From: Clostridia bacterium
GTDB lineage: Bacteria; Bacillota; Clostridia; DUPQ01
NCBI GenBank assembly: GCA_046484775.1
Contig: JAWOIG010000149.1
Coordinates: forward strand, 1-37,771
DNA: 37,771 nucleotides
Direction: 5' to 3'
The position numbers and the translations under genes were made by a program. The stretch's first letter is position 1; each line of letters opens with the position of its first letter. This document shows positions 35,981 through 37,771 of the stretch, in pieces. The notes beneath the pieces were generated by a model. The model made no database searches and was not told the origin of the DNA. It worked only from the letters and a program-made list of their open reading frames with translations.

Positions 35981-36756
35981 TTTGCGTGTCCGGCCTCTCC
36001 AAGGGCTTTTTCAGCCCCCGTTCTCAGAAAGACGGTGTCGGTGGCAATCGCTATGAATGCAAAGCCCCTGTCAATTGCATTCTTTATGGCTCCCTCATTT
36101 ACATCCACAATGTGTATGCCCGCAGCCTTACCATGCCTCTTGCATGCTCTTGCTACTTTATCTATAGCCTCGGATATCACCGGGTGGCTGGTCTGCCCTG
36201 TTATTCCATAGGAACCGCTCATATCATACGGACCTATGAATATGCCGTCCACGCCTTCGACGCTTAGGATTTCATCGATGTTCCGGACCGCCTCCGCAGA
36301 TTCAATCATCACGATTACGGCAGTAGAGGCATTTGCATTTTCGGCATATTCGTCAAATCTTTCGCCAAATCCGTTAGCCCTGCAAAACGAGTATCCCCTT
36401 ATGCCTTCCGGAGGATATTTTGCAAAAGAGACCGCCCTTTCCGCTTCCTCCTTATTATTGACCAGCGGAACGATGACACCTTCAGCTCCTGCGTCAAGGA
36501 CCCTTCTTATTGCCATTTTCTCGTTGTCGGCGACCCTTGCGACCGGCGATCCTCCCCTGCCCGACACCGCTTCCGCCATCCTTGAAAAATCGCGCACTTC
36601 AAATTCCGTATGCTCCATGTCGGCGCATATCCAGTCAAATCCTTTGTCCGCGAGTATTCCGGCTATATCCGGATGCGGAATCTGAATCCATGTTCCAATC
36701 AACCGTCTTCCACTCTTGATTATGTTTCTGAAAGAATCACTCATATTTTTCGCCAT
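35977..36756 (-). CDS. HpcH/HpaI family class II aldolase
   Basis: GFDWICADMEH, LDAGAEGVIVP, KYPPEGIRG, MIES and GVDGIFIGPYDMS. Start is ATG 36756 or 36744. Confidence 0.92.
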   Translation of the reverse strand: MAKNMSDSFRNIIKSGRRLIGTWIQIPHPDIAGILADKGFDWICADMEHTEFEVRDFSRMAEAVSGRGGSPVARVADNEKMAIRRVLDAGAEGVIVPLVNNKEEAERAVSFAKYPPEGIRGYSFCRANGFGERFDEYAENANASTAVIVMIESAEAVRNIDEILSVEGVDGIFIGPYDMSGSYGITGQTSHPVISEAIDKVARACKRHGKAAGIHIVDVNEGAIKNAIDRGFAFIAIATDTVFLRTGAEKALGEAGHAK

Positions 36757-37369
36757 ATGTGTTGTTCCCGGCTATGAACATGTCCATGAATTTCTTCAGG
36801 CACACCGGCTCGTACACAACATCATTCTCCCCCTCTATACTCAGCTGTCCTCCCCTGAAAACAGGAATCCCGTTCAAAAGCCTCATATTTACCGTGGCTT
36901 TCACCGGATTTTCGCTTCTTCTGCAGATAGCTCTTGTAGTCACTTCCTCAATATCCTGTGCAAGAGCAAAAAGATATGAGCTTCCCTCGAAAGGTTCGCC
37001 GCGGAAATCGCATTTGAGCCCGAAGCATATGACGGGAATTTCAAGCTGTGTCACGATCCTTGCACAGTCCCACACATTGGCCTTGCTTAGAAACTGGGCT
37101 TCATCTATAAGGACAACCCTGGTCCCGGGATATTTCGTTACTTCATCATATAGCCAGTCCATGTCCTTTTTTATCAGAAAATCGCATTTTCTTCTCAGCA
37201 TGTCGCTTCCAATCCTGGCTATTATTTGATTGTCAGCCTTTGTATCGCTTTCCGGCTTGAGGGCAAGTATCTTTTCCCCATTATTGATTTCGTAATCATG
37301 GGCTATCTGTAAAAGCTGAGTGGATTTTCCGGCATTCATCACTGCATATCTGTAATATAGTTTGGGCAT
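36737..37369 (-). CDS. tdk: Thymidine kinase (TK1-like)
   Basis: KLYYRYAVMNAGKS P-loop, VLIDEAQFL, VICFGLKCDFRGEPFEGS and YEPVC. Start reassigned to ATG 37369. Confidence 0.93.
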   Translation of the reverse strand: MPKLYYRYAVMNAGKSTQLLQIAHDYEINNGEKILALKPESDTKADNQIIARIGSDMLRRKCDFLIKKDMDWLYDEVTKYPGTRVVLIDEAQFLSKANVWDCARIVTQLEIPVICFGLKCDFRGEPFEGSSYLFALAQDIEEVTTRAICRRSENPVKATVNMRLLNGIPVFRGGQLSIEGENDVVYEPVCLKKFMDMFIAGNNTYGEKYE

Positions 37370-37619
37370 AATCAAGTCTGCAACAAAACACATGCATATT
37401 AAATACACACTTTTGTTATTGGAAATACATGATGATCATCAAAACAAAGGTTACGGCTCTTTTATCTTGGGACAAATCAAAAACATCTATGGTTTAGATA
37501 ATAGTACACAGAGAATGGTTATCAATTGTGATGTTGACATCATACCGTTCTATCAGAAAAATAAAGCTATACTCATACAACATAGCTACAATGATGATGA
37601 AGTACTGATGTTATTATAA
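37362..37619 (+). pseudogene. 5'-truncated GNAT acetyltransferase fragment, low GC
   Basis: LEIHDDHQNKGYGSFIL (acetyl-CoA motif A, QxKGYG) and IIPFYQKN (motif B); no N-terminal strands and no SD. GC is 72/240 = 30% over 37381-37620 (hand count). Confidence 0.6.
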
Positions 37620-37644
37620 ATAATTTCTCATTGAAAACAATTAA

Positions 37645-37771
37645 TCAGAGACGTAACGGATAGGGACACAGTCTGCTCAATATCTGCTACAATCTTACCA
37701 TAAAATTACTATATATGGTAAGATTGTAGCAGATATTGAGCAGACTGTGTCCCTATCCGTTACGTCTCTGA
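37645..37771. repeat. Perfect 58-bp inverted repeat with 11-nt loop
   Basis: 37645-37702 (TCAGAGACGTAACGGATAGGGACACAG...CTTACCATA) is the exact reverse complement of 37714-37771; loop AAATTACTATA. The right arm reaches the window end. Confidence 0.98.

Noticed and set aside
37651-37765. Integron attC site (ACGTAAC...GTTACGT) after a GNAT cassette-like gene
   Set aside because: The stem is perfect with no extrahelical bases, the ends deviate from RYYYAAC/GTTRRRY, pairing extends beyond them, and no integrase is visible.
1-37771. Genome-wide stop codon reassignment (TGA=Trp/Gly or TAG=Gln) to explain the two in-frame stops
   Set aside because: TGA ends ppk1 and PFOR, and TAG ends pilT and gltB, at the expected C-termini; Trp is encoded by TGG throughout.
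1-37771. CRISPR arrays, tRNA/rRNA genes, IS transposases, prophage genes
   Set aside because: None seen; intergenic gaps are short and contain no spaced direct repeats or cloverleaf signatures.

Overview
Chromosomal segment of a Clostridia-type (Bacillota) anaerobe, about 45-50% GC, with no rRNA, tRNA, CRISPR array or recognisable transposase. It encodes glycan-scavenging enzymes (sulfatase, GH78 rhamnosidase, oligogalacturonate-lyase-like propeller, GH172/DUF2961) and central metabolism (udk, ppx-like/ppk1, gltBD, PFOR, tdk, G1P dehydrogenase). It also encodes envelope proteins and a compact six-gene type IV filament-like operon (PilT, PilC, four pilin-like proteins, no PilB). The most notable points are: (1) the PilT-only filament module; (2) two otherwise intact genes that the ORF track misses or truncates because each has one in-frame stop (TAG in the sulfatase; TGA in a CPYC glutaredoxin, followed by a SECIS-shaped hairpin); (3) a lipoprotein fusing an apparently dead beta-lactamase fold to a PQQ-like propeller; (4) a motif-degenerate Ppx coupled to ppk1; (5) a low-GC GNAT fragment followed by a perfect 58-bp inverted repeat with a symmetric outward promoter pair at the window end. 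Family assignments are from motif recognition only; no searches were run.
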